This document shows, piece by piece, positions 12,714-22,822 of a stretch of 64,000 nt of DNA. The DNA comes from Octopus sinensis (Eukaryota). The position numbers and the translations under genes are program-made. The DNA lies in the NCBI RefSeq assembly GCF_006345805.1, contig NC_043000.1:3162001-3226000 (forward strand), given 5' to 3'. Each line of letters begins with the position of its first letter. Within the stretch, counting starts at the first letter, position 1. A model generated the notes under the pieces. That model saw only the letters and a list, made by a program, of their open reading frames with translations. It was not told the DNA's origin and did no database searches.

Positions 12714-12759
12714 GACACCTGATGAAGGCTGGAGGGTATATCAGCTGAAACATTGTGTT
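12714..12759 (+). ncRNA. Minimal type I hammerhead ribozyme motif (helix III CpG-decayed)
   Basis: gACAC CTGATGA a GGCTG-gagggtatat-CAGCT GAA ACAT T GTGTt: helix I gACAC/GTGTt, 5-bp helix II, helix III ACAT instead of ACGT. Confidence 0.7.
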
Positions 12760-13266
12760 AACAACAAACAAGATGAGGACAAATATCCGTCGAATGTAAA
12801 TAATGATACCATGTTGTTTTTGGCAAGAAACTCGCAAATGAGGAGATCTCATTGGCAGGATACATTGTCATTGTGAAGAATCCAATTCTTCACACTCCAC
12901 AGATCTGGTCATTTTTACTAAATGTCCACCCTGAAATGCTTCAAGACATTGTTGATTGTCCTCTGACAATTCTCATGCACAACCTGATGAATTTTCTTCA
13001 CATTTCCAGGGGTGATGCTCATGGCAGGTCTTCCAGATTGCTTATCATTTTCAAGAGACATTCTTCTGCTTTTGAACTACCTGTGCCACTCAAAACATTG
13101 TGTATGACTCATTGACTCATTGCCATAAGCCTGCTGAAACATGCTCAATATCTCTAGCAGACTGCCCAAGTTTAAGGTGAAGTTTCACATTGAATTTGTT
13201 TCTGTCTGTGACAGAATTACAAACTGCAGCATACACGTGATCACAAAAAAAAAAATTTCACAACTC

Positions 13267-13678
13267 AGGCGTAGAAGTGGCTGTGTGGTAAATAGCTTGC
13301 TTACCAACCACATGGTTCTGGGTTCAGTCCCACTGCGTGGCATCTTGGGCAAGTGTCTTCTACTATAGCCTCGGGCCGACCAAAGCCTTGTGAGTGGATT
13401 TGGTAGACGGAAACTGAAAGAAGCCTGTCGTATATATGTATATATGTGTGTGTATGTGTATACGTTTGTGTGTTTGTGTTTGTCCTCCTCAACATCGCAT
13501 GACAACCGATGCTGGTGTGTTTACATCCCCGTAACTTAGCGGTTCAGCAAAAGAGACTGTTAGACTAAGAAGTAGGCTTACAAAGAATAAGTCCTGGGGT
13601 CGATTTGTTCGACTAAAAAAAAAAAAGGCAGTGCTCCAACATGGCCACAGTCAAATTACTGAAACTAATAAAAGAGTA
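13267..13678 (+). mobile_element. Family-A SINE inserted in the mariner relic
   Basis: aggcgtagaagtggctgtgtggtaaatagc ... ccaacatggccacagtc ... aaagagtaac. Confidence 0.85.
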
Positions 13679-14042
13679 ACTTCCAAAGTAAACATAGTGA
13701 TGTCACTTGATACACTGCCTCATGAATGTCGCTGCTAGCTCTCACTGCACATGCAACTCTGTACTGCCATCCGTTAGCACAGAACTAGTCTGGGAACTTT
13801 TTGATATCACCTCGTACTGAATATTTGTCAGAGAATACCATTCATATACTGTGTTAACATGGATCCCCTAATATTTGACAGAGTAAATATAATCCACAGA
13901 TTGCCAGAACTAACATTGTTTCCTAATAATAATCTTTATATATATTTAGATTAACATAACTTAGTGAAACTCGAAAAATTATTGCATTTCACTTGTGCAG
14001 AGTCACGACCAAATTTATCTAATGGCATATTTTATAACATAA

Positions 14043-14408
14043 TCTTTATATATAAAAGTGAAGTTGTGTGTCTGTCTCCTACGATTTAGATTCCTAACTA
14101 CTCCCACATTATAGTCGTGATTCATATCGAGCCCTTCTGGGTATTAGCACGCATCTACGATGAGTCTACGATTTAAAAAAAAAATTGCCATCAATTTTTT
14201 CCATTTTAATGCATTTTTTCGCTATTATATAAGGGAAGTAACTCTCTAAAAATGTGTACGATGAATCAACGATTTAAAAAAAAATTACCATCATTTTTTT
14301 TCCATTTTTAATGCATTTTCTTTTGCTATTTTTTGGCTATAACTCTCTAAAAATGCTTATATAGTTACTTCCCTTACAAACCCGAGCAACGCCGGGCGAT
14401 ACTGTTAG
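14043..14408 (+). mobile_element. Non-autonomous Helitron (same family as 5703-6100)
   Basis: A|TCtttatatataaaag start, cccgagcaacgccggg hairpin and TTAG|T end (CTAG decayed). Confidence 0.75.
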
Positions 14409-14476
14409 TGAACAATAAAACCATTAATGTATTGCCAAAATGCCAGCACAACTCACTCGCTAATAATCTTTTTCAG

Positions 14477-14591
14477 GTGCTGTGATCAGTTTAGCATGGC
14501 TGGCTGTTGGTTTCTATCTTTCTTCTGAAAACACTCCAGCCGTTAATTTTGTTGAACCTGTAGCAGTGGAAACCTCTTGCGCTGCACACAA
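14477..14591 (+). CDS. SLC2A13: SLC2A13/HMIT coding exon (TM9 and start of large extracellular loop)
   Basis: ctttttcAG at 14475-76 and GTAAGT at 14592. Reads (G)AVISLAWLAVGFYLSSENTPAVNFVEPVAVETSCAAH(K). Phase 1 in, phase 2 out, compatible with both neighbours. Confidence 0.9.
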
Positions 14592-14666
14592 GTAAGTACT
14601 TTCTGATCAATGTCATCTTCTTACTGTCTTTCTGATCATCATCATTATGATGTTAAGCATCAACAC

Positions 14667-14740
<74 letters not shown>

Positions 14741-14756
14741 CTGTTATTATTATTAT

Positions 14757-14910
14757 TCAGTAGTTTTATTTTTATAGCGTGCTTTCACTTCACTACCGAG
14801 TGCAGCACTGTGTACCTTGGGTATGTGCTGTGATTTGTTGTGATGCTCTGATGGTTATGTATTGAAAGTGTTTTGCATAGGATATGTGCAGTGCCAAGTA
14901 GTACAATTTT
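14757..14910 (-). mobile_element. R4/Dong-type LINE 3' end (family 1) in an (AAT)n tract
   Basis: Minus strand reads KIVLLGTAHILCKTLSI, then a short 3'UTR ending ...aaaactactgaataataat. Both flanks are (ATT)n. Confidence 0.65.
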
Positions 14911-14926
14911 ATTATTATTATTATTA

Positions 14927-15678
14927 CTTTTTTTTTCTTCTTTCAAATTTGCTTCCATTTCTTGCCGAGTGTCTTCCTGACTCCTAGGGCAAAGAAATTC
15001 ATAGTATACATTGGTAGGCCATTAAACCAAACTCAATAGTTCGTTCATTTTTTAATTTATTTTTTTTTTTTTAAGTTAAATTAAAATACATGAGCAGCAA
15101 CAGTTCTCACATCGACAATGCTCTTCTCAATACGTGTGATGTACCAGTTAAGACAATCTTTTGCACTTCTTGCAGGGATGGTAAGCCAGGGATCATTCTC
15201 ATATAATTTTCGGTTCCCTTCTTGATCATTCCTAGTGCTCCTACGATCACTGGTATTGTAACCACCTTGAGATGCCACATTTTCTCAATTTCAATGAGCA
15301 GGTCTTTATATTTTCTGAGCTTGTCAAACTCTTTCGCTGAGATATTATGATCACAGGGGATGCTTATGTCGATCAATAAGCAAACTTTATTGTTTTGGTC
15401 TTTCACAACAATATCTGGTTTATTGGCTTTGATGGTTCGGTCTGTATGTACTGGAAAGTCCCACAGAATGGTTACATTTTCTCCTTCAGTTACAGCCTCA
15501 GGGTGGTGATTATACCACTTGTCGGCAGTTTTGATATTGTAATGCCGACTTATTAGCCAGTGTAGATATTGGCCAACTCTGTCATGTCTTAATTTATACT
15601 CCACTGGTGCTAAGACTTTACATCCAGAGATTAGGTGGTCCACTGTTTCAATCATGTCATTGCAGAATTGGCATTTTT
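14927..15678 (-). mobile_element. R4/Dong-type (RLE-bearing) LINE, 5'-truncated (family 2)
   Basis: Open frame KCQFCNDMIETVDHLISGC (CCHC finger), RHD, KPDIVV...LIDISIP (PD-D/ExK restriction-like endonuclease), ending LRRALSM* at 15107. Flanked by (ATT)n on both sides. Confidence 0.9.
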
Positions 15679-16011
15679 ATTATTATTATTATTATTAGTA
15701 TTATAATTAAAGACATCGCACAGTATGCAATATCGTGAGGTTGTTGATAGATGTTGTGTCTACAGGGGGTTTGCACTGTTTGTCAAGTCACAACAAGGAC
15801 CTCAGACAGACAGTACTTTACGCAATAAGCAATTTTACAAAGTTGTCATTTATACTTGCTTGCAAGTTATGGTCAAGTTTTGAGCATCTCTCTCTCCCTC
15901 TCACACACACCACACACACACTTCCTGTATGTATGTGTGTGTGTGTTGTGTAAAGATATGTATATGTGTATAACTAAACGTATATATTTCAAATGCTTTT
16001 TTTTTTTGCAG

Positions 16012-16253
16012 AAACTGTAACCAGTGCATGCGTGACTTATACTGTGGTTATTGCTACATGGATACTTTCCGAGGTTCAGTCAATAGCTCCTGTTTACCAG
16101 CAGATTATGATAACCCTTGGTTATCAACCAAAGGCCGCTGCAATTCTACCTACTTACCTGGGAAACTTACCTGGGCTTATGACTACTGTCCTACACCATA
16201 TGCCTGGATGCCCATGGTTGGATTAGTTCTTTATCTTGTTTTCTTTGCTCCAG
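16012..16253 (+). CDS. SLC2A13: SLC2A13/HMIT coding exon (Cys-rich extracellular loop and TM10)
   Basis: Poly-T/gcAG acceptor at 16010-11 and GTATGG donor at 16254. Reads NCNQCMRDLYCGYCYMDTFRGSVNSSCLPADYDNPWLSTKGRCNSTYLPGKLTWAYDYCPTPYAWMPMVGLVLYLVFFAP(G), the HMIT-specific Cys-rich loop with N-glycosylation sequons NSS and NST. Confidence 0.95.
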
Positions 16254-16404
16254 GTATGGTACCACTCTTTGACTAGCTTGTATTACTTTCCATTGTGCTT
16301 GCTTCTAAAGTAGCAATCTACTGTGTTGTGTAGTGGTGCAGTGGTTATGTTAGCATAGTTGTGTGGGGGATGTAGTAGTGTTGTGGTGTGCTATGTTAGC
16401 TGCA

Positions 16405-16711
16405 ATTGTGTGTTGTTTGTTCCTTCTCGAGCCATGCCTGGCTCATAAGGGCCAGTTTCCTGGTTTCCTTGGTGTATAGGTTCCCCACCTGGACGGGACG
16501 CCGGTCCATCGCAGGTGAGCTGCAAGATGCAGGAGGAAAGAGTGAAAGTTGTGGTGAAAGAGTCAGCAGAAGTTTCGCCATTACCTTCTGCCGGAGCCGC
16601 GTGGAGCTTAGGTGTTTTGCTCATAAACACACACATCGTCCGGTCTGAGATTCGAACCCGCAATCCCTCGACCGCGAGTCCACTGCTCTAACCACTAGGC
16701 CATGTGTCTCC
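16405..16711 (-). mobile_element. tRNA-derived SINE (family C, body I, tail T1)
   Basis: Reverse complement ggagacacatggcctagtggttagagcagtggactcgcgg ... gttcgaatctc ... gagcaaaacacctaagctccacg ... ggaaactggcccttatgagccaggcatggctcgagaagg. Confidence 0.8.
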
Positions 16712-16820
16712 ACAATTGTGTAGTGATGTATTGGCTGTAGTAAGTGGTGCATTGAATTGGCTGTAGTATGGATGGGATGTGTTGGTGTGATAGTGTTGTG
16801 GTGTATTGCATTAGCTGTGT

Positions 16821-17137
16821 GAAGGCACATGGCTTAGTGGTTATTTGACTCACTATAATAAGGCCGTGAGTTCGATTCCTGGTGACATGTTGTGTCCTTG
16901 AGCAAGACACTTCGTTTCACTTTGCTCCAGTTCACTCAGCTGGCAAAAATGTGTTACACCTGTAATTTAAAAGGGCCAGCCTTGTCACATAATGTGTCAT
17001 GCTGAGTCTCCTTGGGAAATACATTAAGAATAAATATGTCTGTGGAGTACTCAGCCACTTACATGTTAATCTCACAAGCAAGCTGTTCCATTGATCGGAT
17101 TAAGAGGAACCCTTGTCATTGTAATTGATGGAGTACC
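16821..17137 (+). mobile_element. tRNA-derived SINE (family C, body II, tail T2)
   Basis: aggcacatggcttagtggtt ... gagttcgattcc ... ttgtgtccttgagcaagacactt ... ggaacccttgtcattgtaattgatggagtacc. Confidence 0.7.
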
Positions 17138-17356
17138 TATTTCTTTACTACCCACAAGGGGCTAAACACAGAGGAGACAAACAAGGACCGACAAATGGAT
17201 TAGGTCGATTACATCGATCCCAGTGCGTAACTGGTACTTAATTTATCGACCCTGAAAGGATGAAAGGCAAAGTCGGCCTCGGCGGAATTTGAACTCAGAA
17301 CGTAGCGGTGACGAAATTTCGCCCGGCGTGCTAACGTTTCTGCCAGCTCGCCGCCT
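17138..17356 (-). mobile_element. Family-D SINE with apparent TSD
   Basis: Full-length reverse complement of the family-D consensus, with tgatggagtacc repeated on both sides (17126-17137 and 17361-17372). Confidence 0.8.
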
Positions 17357-17707
17357 TAACTGATGGAGTACCGGTTAGTAACATAGTGTAGTGGTGTGTT
17401 GGTAGCAGTATTATAGTGGTGTGTTAAGTCTGTTGTAGAAGTGAGTCTGTGGTAGTGTGGCAGTCTCTTATGTTGACTGTAGTAATGTTGGCTGCAGTAG
17501 TATTGTGTTGCTGTAGTTGTGTGGAAGTGTGTTGGTTGTAGTACTGTAGTGGTGTGTTGTTTTATTACATTATTAAACATTTACTGGTAAATTTGTGTGA
17601 TAATAATACAGACTTCTTATAAGGGGATAATAATGATCTCAGGTATACATTAGCACAGATCTCATAGGATAGAACAGATCACAGATCTCATAGGATAGAA
17701 TAGAACA

Positions 17708-18127
17708 AGGCGGCAAGCTGGCAGAAACGTTAACACGCTGGGCGAAATGCTTAGCGGTATTTCGTCTGTCTTTACGTTCTGAGTTCAAATTCTGCCAAGG
17801 TCAACTTTGCCTTTCATCCTTTCGGGGTTGATTAAATAAGTACCATTTATGTGCTGGGGTCAATATAATCGACTTAATCCGTTTGTCTGTCCTTGTTTGT
17901 CCTCCCTGTGTTTAGCCCCTTGTGGGTAGTAAAGAAATAGGTATTTCCTCTGTCTTTACGTTCTGAGTTCAAATTCTGCCGAGGTCGACTTTGCCTTTCA
18001 TCCTTTCGGGGTTGATTAAGTAAGTACCATTTATGCGCTGGGGTCAATATAATTGACTTAATCCCTTTGTCTGTCCTTGTTTGTCCCCTCTGTGTGTAGC
18101 CCCTTGTGGGCAGTAAAGAAATAAGAA
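17708..18127 (+). mobile_element. Family-D SINE with internal tandem duplication of its 3' ~187 bp
   Basis: The ggtatttc(g/c)tctgtctttacgttctgag...gtaaagaaata block occurs twice in tandem. Confidence 0.8.
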
Positions 18128-18213
18128 TAGATCACAGTTGGAGATGATATTAAAGACCTCAAATAAGAAGGTACCAAAGATTTCAGGTGAGTAACATTAT
18201 AAGCCATCAGTTA

Positions 18214-18425
18214 TATGAAGGGGTTGGGGCTGAAAAGTTCCTGGCTTTGGGTCAAAGAAAATACAGGAGGATCGGTTAATTATGATTTTATTCAACATAT
18301 TCCCCTCTCAGATTCACACACTGCAGTGATCTTTCAGTTTCTCTAAGCCCTGTAAAAGAACTGGAAAGGTTGGGCCTCAGCCAGGCCTTTTGCGATACCC
18401 TTAATGCCAGCAACTTTATTGCACT
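18214..18425. mobile_element. Mariner-like MITE or terminus fragment
   Basis: Starts tatgaaggggttg..ctgaaaagttcctggcttt, resembling TA-CGAGGG mariner TIRs. The second TIR was not identified. Confidence 0.4.
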
Positions 18426-18773
18426 CACTCGTATATAACTGTGTTGCCAACACAGTAATATATAATGGATATCTCATACAAGAATTTGCTCTAAGTAATC
18501 CTAAATGATACTGCATATGAACTATGATATTAACACTCAACATTGAGTGACAGTCTAGTTTGGGGATAGTAAAGTGAAAGTGGTTAGAGAGCTGCACTCA
18601 ACTCTGAGTGGCAGCTCTGTTACTAAGTAATAAAGCATTAGAGCTGCCTTGATTTCTGAATATTTTTTCTGGTTTTACAATTGAAACAAGTTTAGGTTCT
18701 AACATATAAGACTGGTAAGAAATCTTTTAATATGAATAAATGCTGAAAATTATATTGCTTTCTGATATTGCAG

Positions 18774-18926
18774 GAATGGGTCCTATGCCATGGACCATTA
18801 ATTCTGAGATCTACCCATTGTGGGCACGAAGTACTGGCAATGCAGCAGGCACTTTTACTAACTGGTTTACCAATTTGATTGTGTCAATGTCTTTCCTTAG
18901 TCTGACAGAAGTTCTTACAAGACATG
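18774..18926 (+). CDS. SLC2A13: SLC2A13/HMIT coding exon (TM10-TM11), ending at a GC donor
   Basis: ttgcAG at 18772-73. Reads (G)[50 protein letters not shown](G), containing the sugar-porter PW...SEIYP...R motif. Only a G|GCAAGT donor at 18927 keeps frame with the next exon. Confidence 0.93.
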
Positions 18927-19729
18927 GCAAGTTTCCAATTCCATTTCTACATTTCTCCTTTAAATTCCTTCCTTTCATGCCAACATATTCACCCAATAAA
19001 CATTTTTCAAACTTCAGAGAAGATTTTGCTAAAATGTTTTCCTTTGAAGTATATTGGATACAGCCTTAAACTTTCATTTATATGTGTATATTAATCCTTC
19101 AAGTAGAATTTCTCTTTGTTTCCATATGGAAATACAAAAATCAAATCTCAAGTAAATTTTACTCTTATCTTTGAGGCAACTCTGTTAATCAAAGCTTTTT
19201 ATCACCAACTTCTAAAAAGAAGCAAGAGATGTACTTATCAAAAGTACATCTTATCAAAGCAACAGTGTCTTCTCAGTAATCCCTACAGAAGGAAAATACA
19301 TTTGATCTCTGGCATCTCAGCACTTTGTCTGCTTTTACCCACTAACTTCCTACACTCTGATCTACTATCAATAACTAATTCAAAACTCTGTTAATGTGTT
19401 TGCTTTTATATTCTCTTCATATATAAACCATTACACATGTACTTACTATTTAAAACAATGATGTATAACAACGGTTCAACCAAAGTATATAAATAAGTAG
19501 ATTGTTAGATAATTAGCTAAACCCAAACTTATTTATTTTGTGATATTGCATTTCTTCATGTTTTCAGTTCAAATTTTTCACTGAGACTGACTGTGTCTTT
19601 TACAATCTCCAAATTCAATGAAATGCAAATCAGTCAAATCCTGTAGTTGAAATAATCAATTTTATTTCTTACCATAAATTTAGCCTTTGCCTCCAGTAGA
19701 AATCAATATTATTATTATTATTATTATTA

Positions 19730-19764
<35 letters not shown>

Positions 19765-19810
19765 CATCATTATTATTATTATCATCATTATTATATTATC
19801 ATCATCATCA

Positions 19811-19855
<45 letters not shown>

Positions 19856-19903
19856 ATTATTATTATTATTATTATCATCATCATCATCATTATTATTATT
19901 ATA

Positions 19904-19935
<32 letters not shown>

Positions 19936-19940
<5 letters not shown>

Positions 19941-20345
19941 TCTGCCTTCACTAAGGCAGAGGTATTGTTTTCAGTTCAGTTTGTTTGTTTGTCCCATGGA
20001 CAAGATATCTCAAGAACCGCTGGATGGATTCAGATGAAACTTTCAGGGATGTTTGGCCCCATGACAGATTAGATTTTGGGATTGATCTGGTACCAGACAA
20101 AGATTTGGGATTATTTTTCCTGTTTTCTTACTTAGTTTTCTTGAGAGCTGTCAGGTTCATTTTTAGTATTCTCATTTGTGAGAACAGTCGAGTTTATTTC
20201 AGATATTCTCATTTCTAAAAATCATCTCTGGCTAATTGTTGAGAGGACGTTGGTCATCTCTGGCTAATTGTTGTATTGTACTATATATTCTATGTTTTGT
20301 AAAATGACACTTTAAGGAACTTTTTTAAGTACTACCGGATTACTT
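19936..20345 (+). mobile_element. Helentron-associated (HINE/DINE-1-like) non-autonomous element
   Basis: 5' hairpin tacctctgcc-ttcactaa-ggcagaggta, a (GTTT)n tract, then atatctcaagaac...atgaaactttcagg, the architecture of DINE-1-like elements. The 3' boundary is uncertain. Confidence 0.45.
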
Positions 20346-20410
20346 GAATCCATATATGTGTGTGTGTGTGTATATATATGTGTGTGTATATATATGTGTG
20401 TGTATATATA

Positions 20411-20450
<40 letters not shown>

Positions 20451-20453
<3 letters not shown>

Positions 20454-21920
20454 TCCTTCTTGTGACACTTGGGAAGACCTGTTGAGGCAAGTGAAAATCA
20501 AAATCAAAACAAATCAAAATAGATGAACATCAATGGAATCTGTATCTTTGTGGTACCAGTGCCGGTGGCACACACTTTGTGGTACCAGTGCCGGTGGCAC
20601 ACAAGAGAACCACCCAATTGTGGCCGTAGCCAGTTCCGCATCGACCGGCCTCCGTGCTGTGGGCACGTAACAAACACCATCCGATCATGGCCGTTCGCCA
20701 GCCTCATCTGGCACCTGTGTCGGTGGCACATAAAAACACCTTCCGAAGACCCGGCAAGACTAGTCAGTCCACCTGTGCATACCTTCCTTCTTGTGACACT
20801 TGTGAAGACCGGTTGAGGCAAGTGAAAATCAAATCAAATCAAAATAGACAAAATAGATGAACATCAATGGAATTTGTATCTTGTGGTACCAGTGCCTGTG
20901 GCACACAAGAAATCCATTAGTGCTGTAGTCAGTGCGGTGGGCACATGACAAACACCATCCGATCGTGGCCGTTCGCCAGGCTCATCTAGCACCTGTGTCG
21001 GTGGCACATAAAAACACCATCCGAAGACCCGGCAAGACTAGTCAGGCCATAACCCATGGCCCCTACCTGGGACGTAGTCAGTCCACCTGTGCATACCTTC
21101 CTTCTTGTGACACTTGTGAAGACCTGTTGAGGCAAGTGAAAATCAAAACAAATCAAAATAGATGAACATCAATGGAATTTGTATCTTTGTGGTACGTGGC
21201 ACACAAGAAAACCATCCGAACGTGGCCGTAGCCAGTACCGCATCGACTGGCCTCCGTGCTGTGGGCACGTAACAAGCACCATCCGATCATGGCCGTTTGC
21301 CAGCCTCATCTGGCACCTGTGTCGGTGGCACATAAAAACACCATCCGAGCGTGGCCGTCTGCCAGCCTCGTCTGGCACCTATGTCGGTGGCACATAAAAA
21401 ACACCATCCGAGCGTGGCCGTTTGCCAGCCTCGTCTGACACCTGTGTCGGTGGCACATAAAATCACCCACTACACTCTCGGAGTGGTTGGCGTTAGGAAG
21501 GGCATCCAGCTGTAGAAACACTGCCAGATCTGACTGGACTGGTGCAGCTTTCGGGCTCCCCAGACCCCAGTTGAACCGTCCAACCCATGCTAGCATGGAA
21601 AGCGGACGTTAAATGATGATGATGATGATGATGATGTATATGCCAGCACCCCCTCGTTTGGCTTCCGTGCAGGTGGCACATAAAATACACCAATCCGACC
21701 GTGGCCGATGCCAGCCTCGCCTGGCACCTGTGCAGGTGGCACGTGAAAAGCACCCACTACACTCACGGAGTGGTTGGTGTTAGGAAGGGCATCCAGCTGT
21801 AGAAACATTGCCAGATAAGACTGGAGCCTGGTGCAGCCTCCTGGCTTCCTAGATCCCCGGTCGAACCGTCCAACCCATGCTAGCATGGAGAACGGACGTT
21901 AAACGATGATGATGATGATG

Positions 21921-21925
<5 letters not shown>
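20451..21925 (+). mobile_element. Family-B/RTE 3'UTR elements: one with an internally triplicated ~315-330-bp block, plus a second short copy
   Basis: ccttcttgtgacacttg(g/t)gaagacc starts at 20455, 20786 and 21100. Hairpin-unit arrays follow, with (GAT)n tails at about 21615-21635 and 21905-21925. Confidence 0.8.
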
Positions 21926-21962
<37 letters not shown>

Positions 21963-22077
21963 CATACATACATTAATAAATTCAGAGTAGTAAAAAATTA
22001 TTTAGAAATTTTTTACCACCAGTGGCCTAGCGTGCAGAAAAACTAGTCAATAGACTATATATTATTCATTATAAATA

Positions 22078-22410
22078 CAGTGTACATTTAAACACATAAG
22101 AGATGGCCATAATAGGACATCTAACCTGCTAGAAGGAGTAGTTAAAATCCAAACCACTATTAGGGGTAATTTCGAAAGGGAATGAAAACTAAAAATATTT
22201 ACCATCTATTTCCTGGACCATGGTTTCAAGCTATTTTTACTTTATTTGCTGAAGATAGCTTGAAACTATGGTCCAGGAAATAGATGGTAAATGTTTTTAT
22301 TTTTCATTCCCTTTCGAAATTACCCCTAATTGTGGTTTGGATTTTAACTACTCCTTCTAGCAAGTTAGATGCCCTATTATGGCATCTCTTATGTGTTTAA
22401 ATGTATACTG
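22078..22410. repeat. Long palindrome (~157-bp arms, 20-nt loop); second copy at 22938-23270
   Basis: 22078-22234 is the near-perfect reverse complement of 22255-22410. Confidence 0.9.
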
Positions 22411-22632
22411 TGTATATATATATATATATATCATGGCTCAGCATCACGAACGAAGATCAGGAAGGCTGTCCACGTCGCGTGCATGCACACTCATGACTGA
22501 CAAGTCCGATATGGAAAAGGCAGGTCTGTGAGCAGTTTCCACATATATATATATTTTAGTATGTGACCTCGTGAATACCACCGGCGATTTTTTTCCTCTG
22601 TCCTCCCGTCTCAGGATCTTTCCTTCTCCTAT

Positions 22633-22667
22633 GTTTCTGACGAAGAGCTCCGCTCGAAATGTCAAAC
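22633..22667 (+). ncRNA. Minimal type I hammerhead ribozyme motif in a Penelope-like fragment
   Basis: GTTT CTGACGA a GAGC-tcc-GCTC GAA ATGT C AAAC: helix I GTTT/AAAC, helix II GAGC/GCTC, helix III ATGT (ACGT after CpG decay), cleavage triplet GUC. Confidence 0.75.
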
Positions 22668-22763
22668 CCTCCTTCTTCCCTTCTTTCCTGAGCGTCCAAT
22701 AATACTTTATTTGTTCCACATCCTTGCGTTGTTGTCTTTTTGTTTTCTTGTTTGGATTAACTT

Positions 22764-22822
<59 letters not shown>

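Larger units (their letters stand above)
12314..12803. mobile_element. Head-to-head inverted dimer of a tRNA-headed, hammerhead-bearing SINE with a 10-12-bp TSD
   Basis: Minus copy 12316-12613 and plus copy 12615-12803 are reverse complements over B box, (AAT)n, hammerhead and tail. TGATACCATGTT flanks the unit at 12302-12313 and 12804-12815. Confidence 0.85.
12195..13816 (-). mobile_element. Decayed mariner transposon interrupted by two SINE insertions
   Basis: Minus-strand remnants NVKLHLKLG (mariner N-terminus, ~13170-13200) and LPCSPDLTPVDFYLFLKMKMQLK (SPDL motif, ~12225-12300). Terminal ...gatatcacctcgTA at 13801-13816 resembles a mariner TIR plus TA. Confidence 0.7.

Noticed and set aside
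18740-19069. 109-aa ORF as a stand-alone gene
   Set aside because: It is the SLC2A13 exon 18774-18926 with open intronic flanks.
22240-22285. ttgCTGAAGAtagcttGAAACtatgGTCca hammerhead-like string in the palindrome
   Set aside because: Only 6 nt lie between the boxes and no helix II can form, so it was not counted. It might be a decayed motif.
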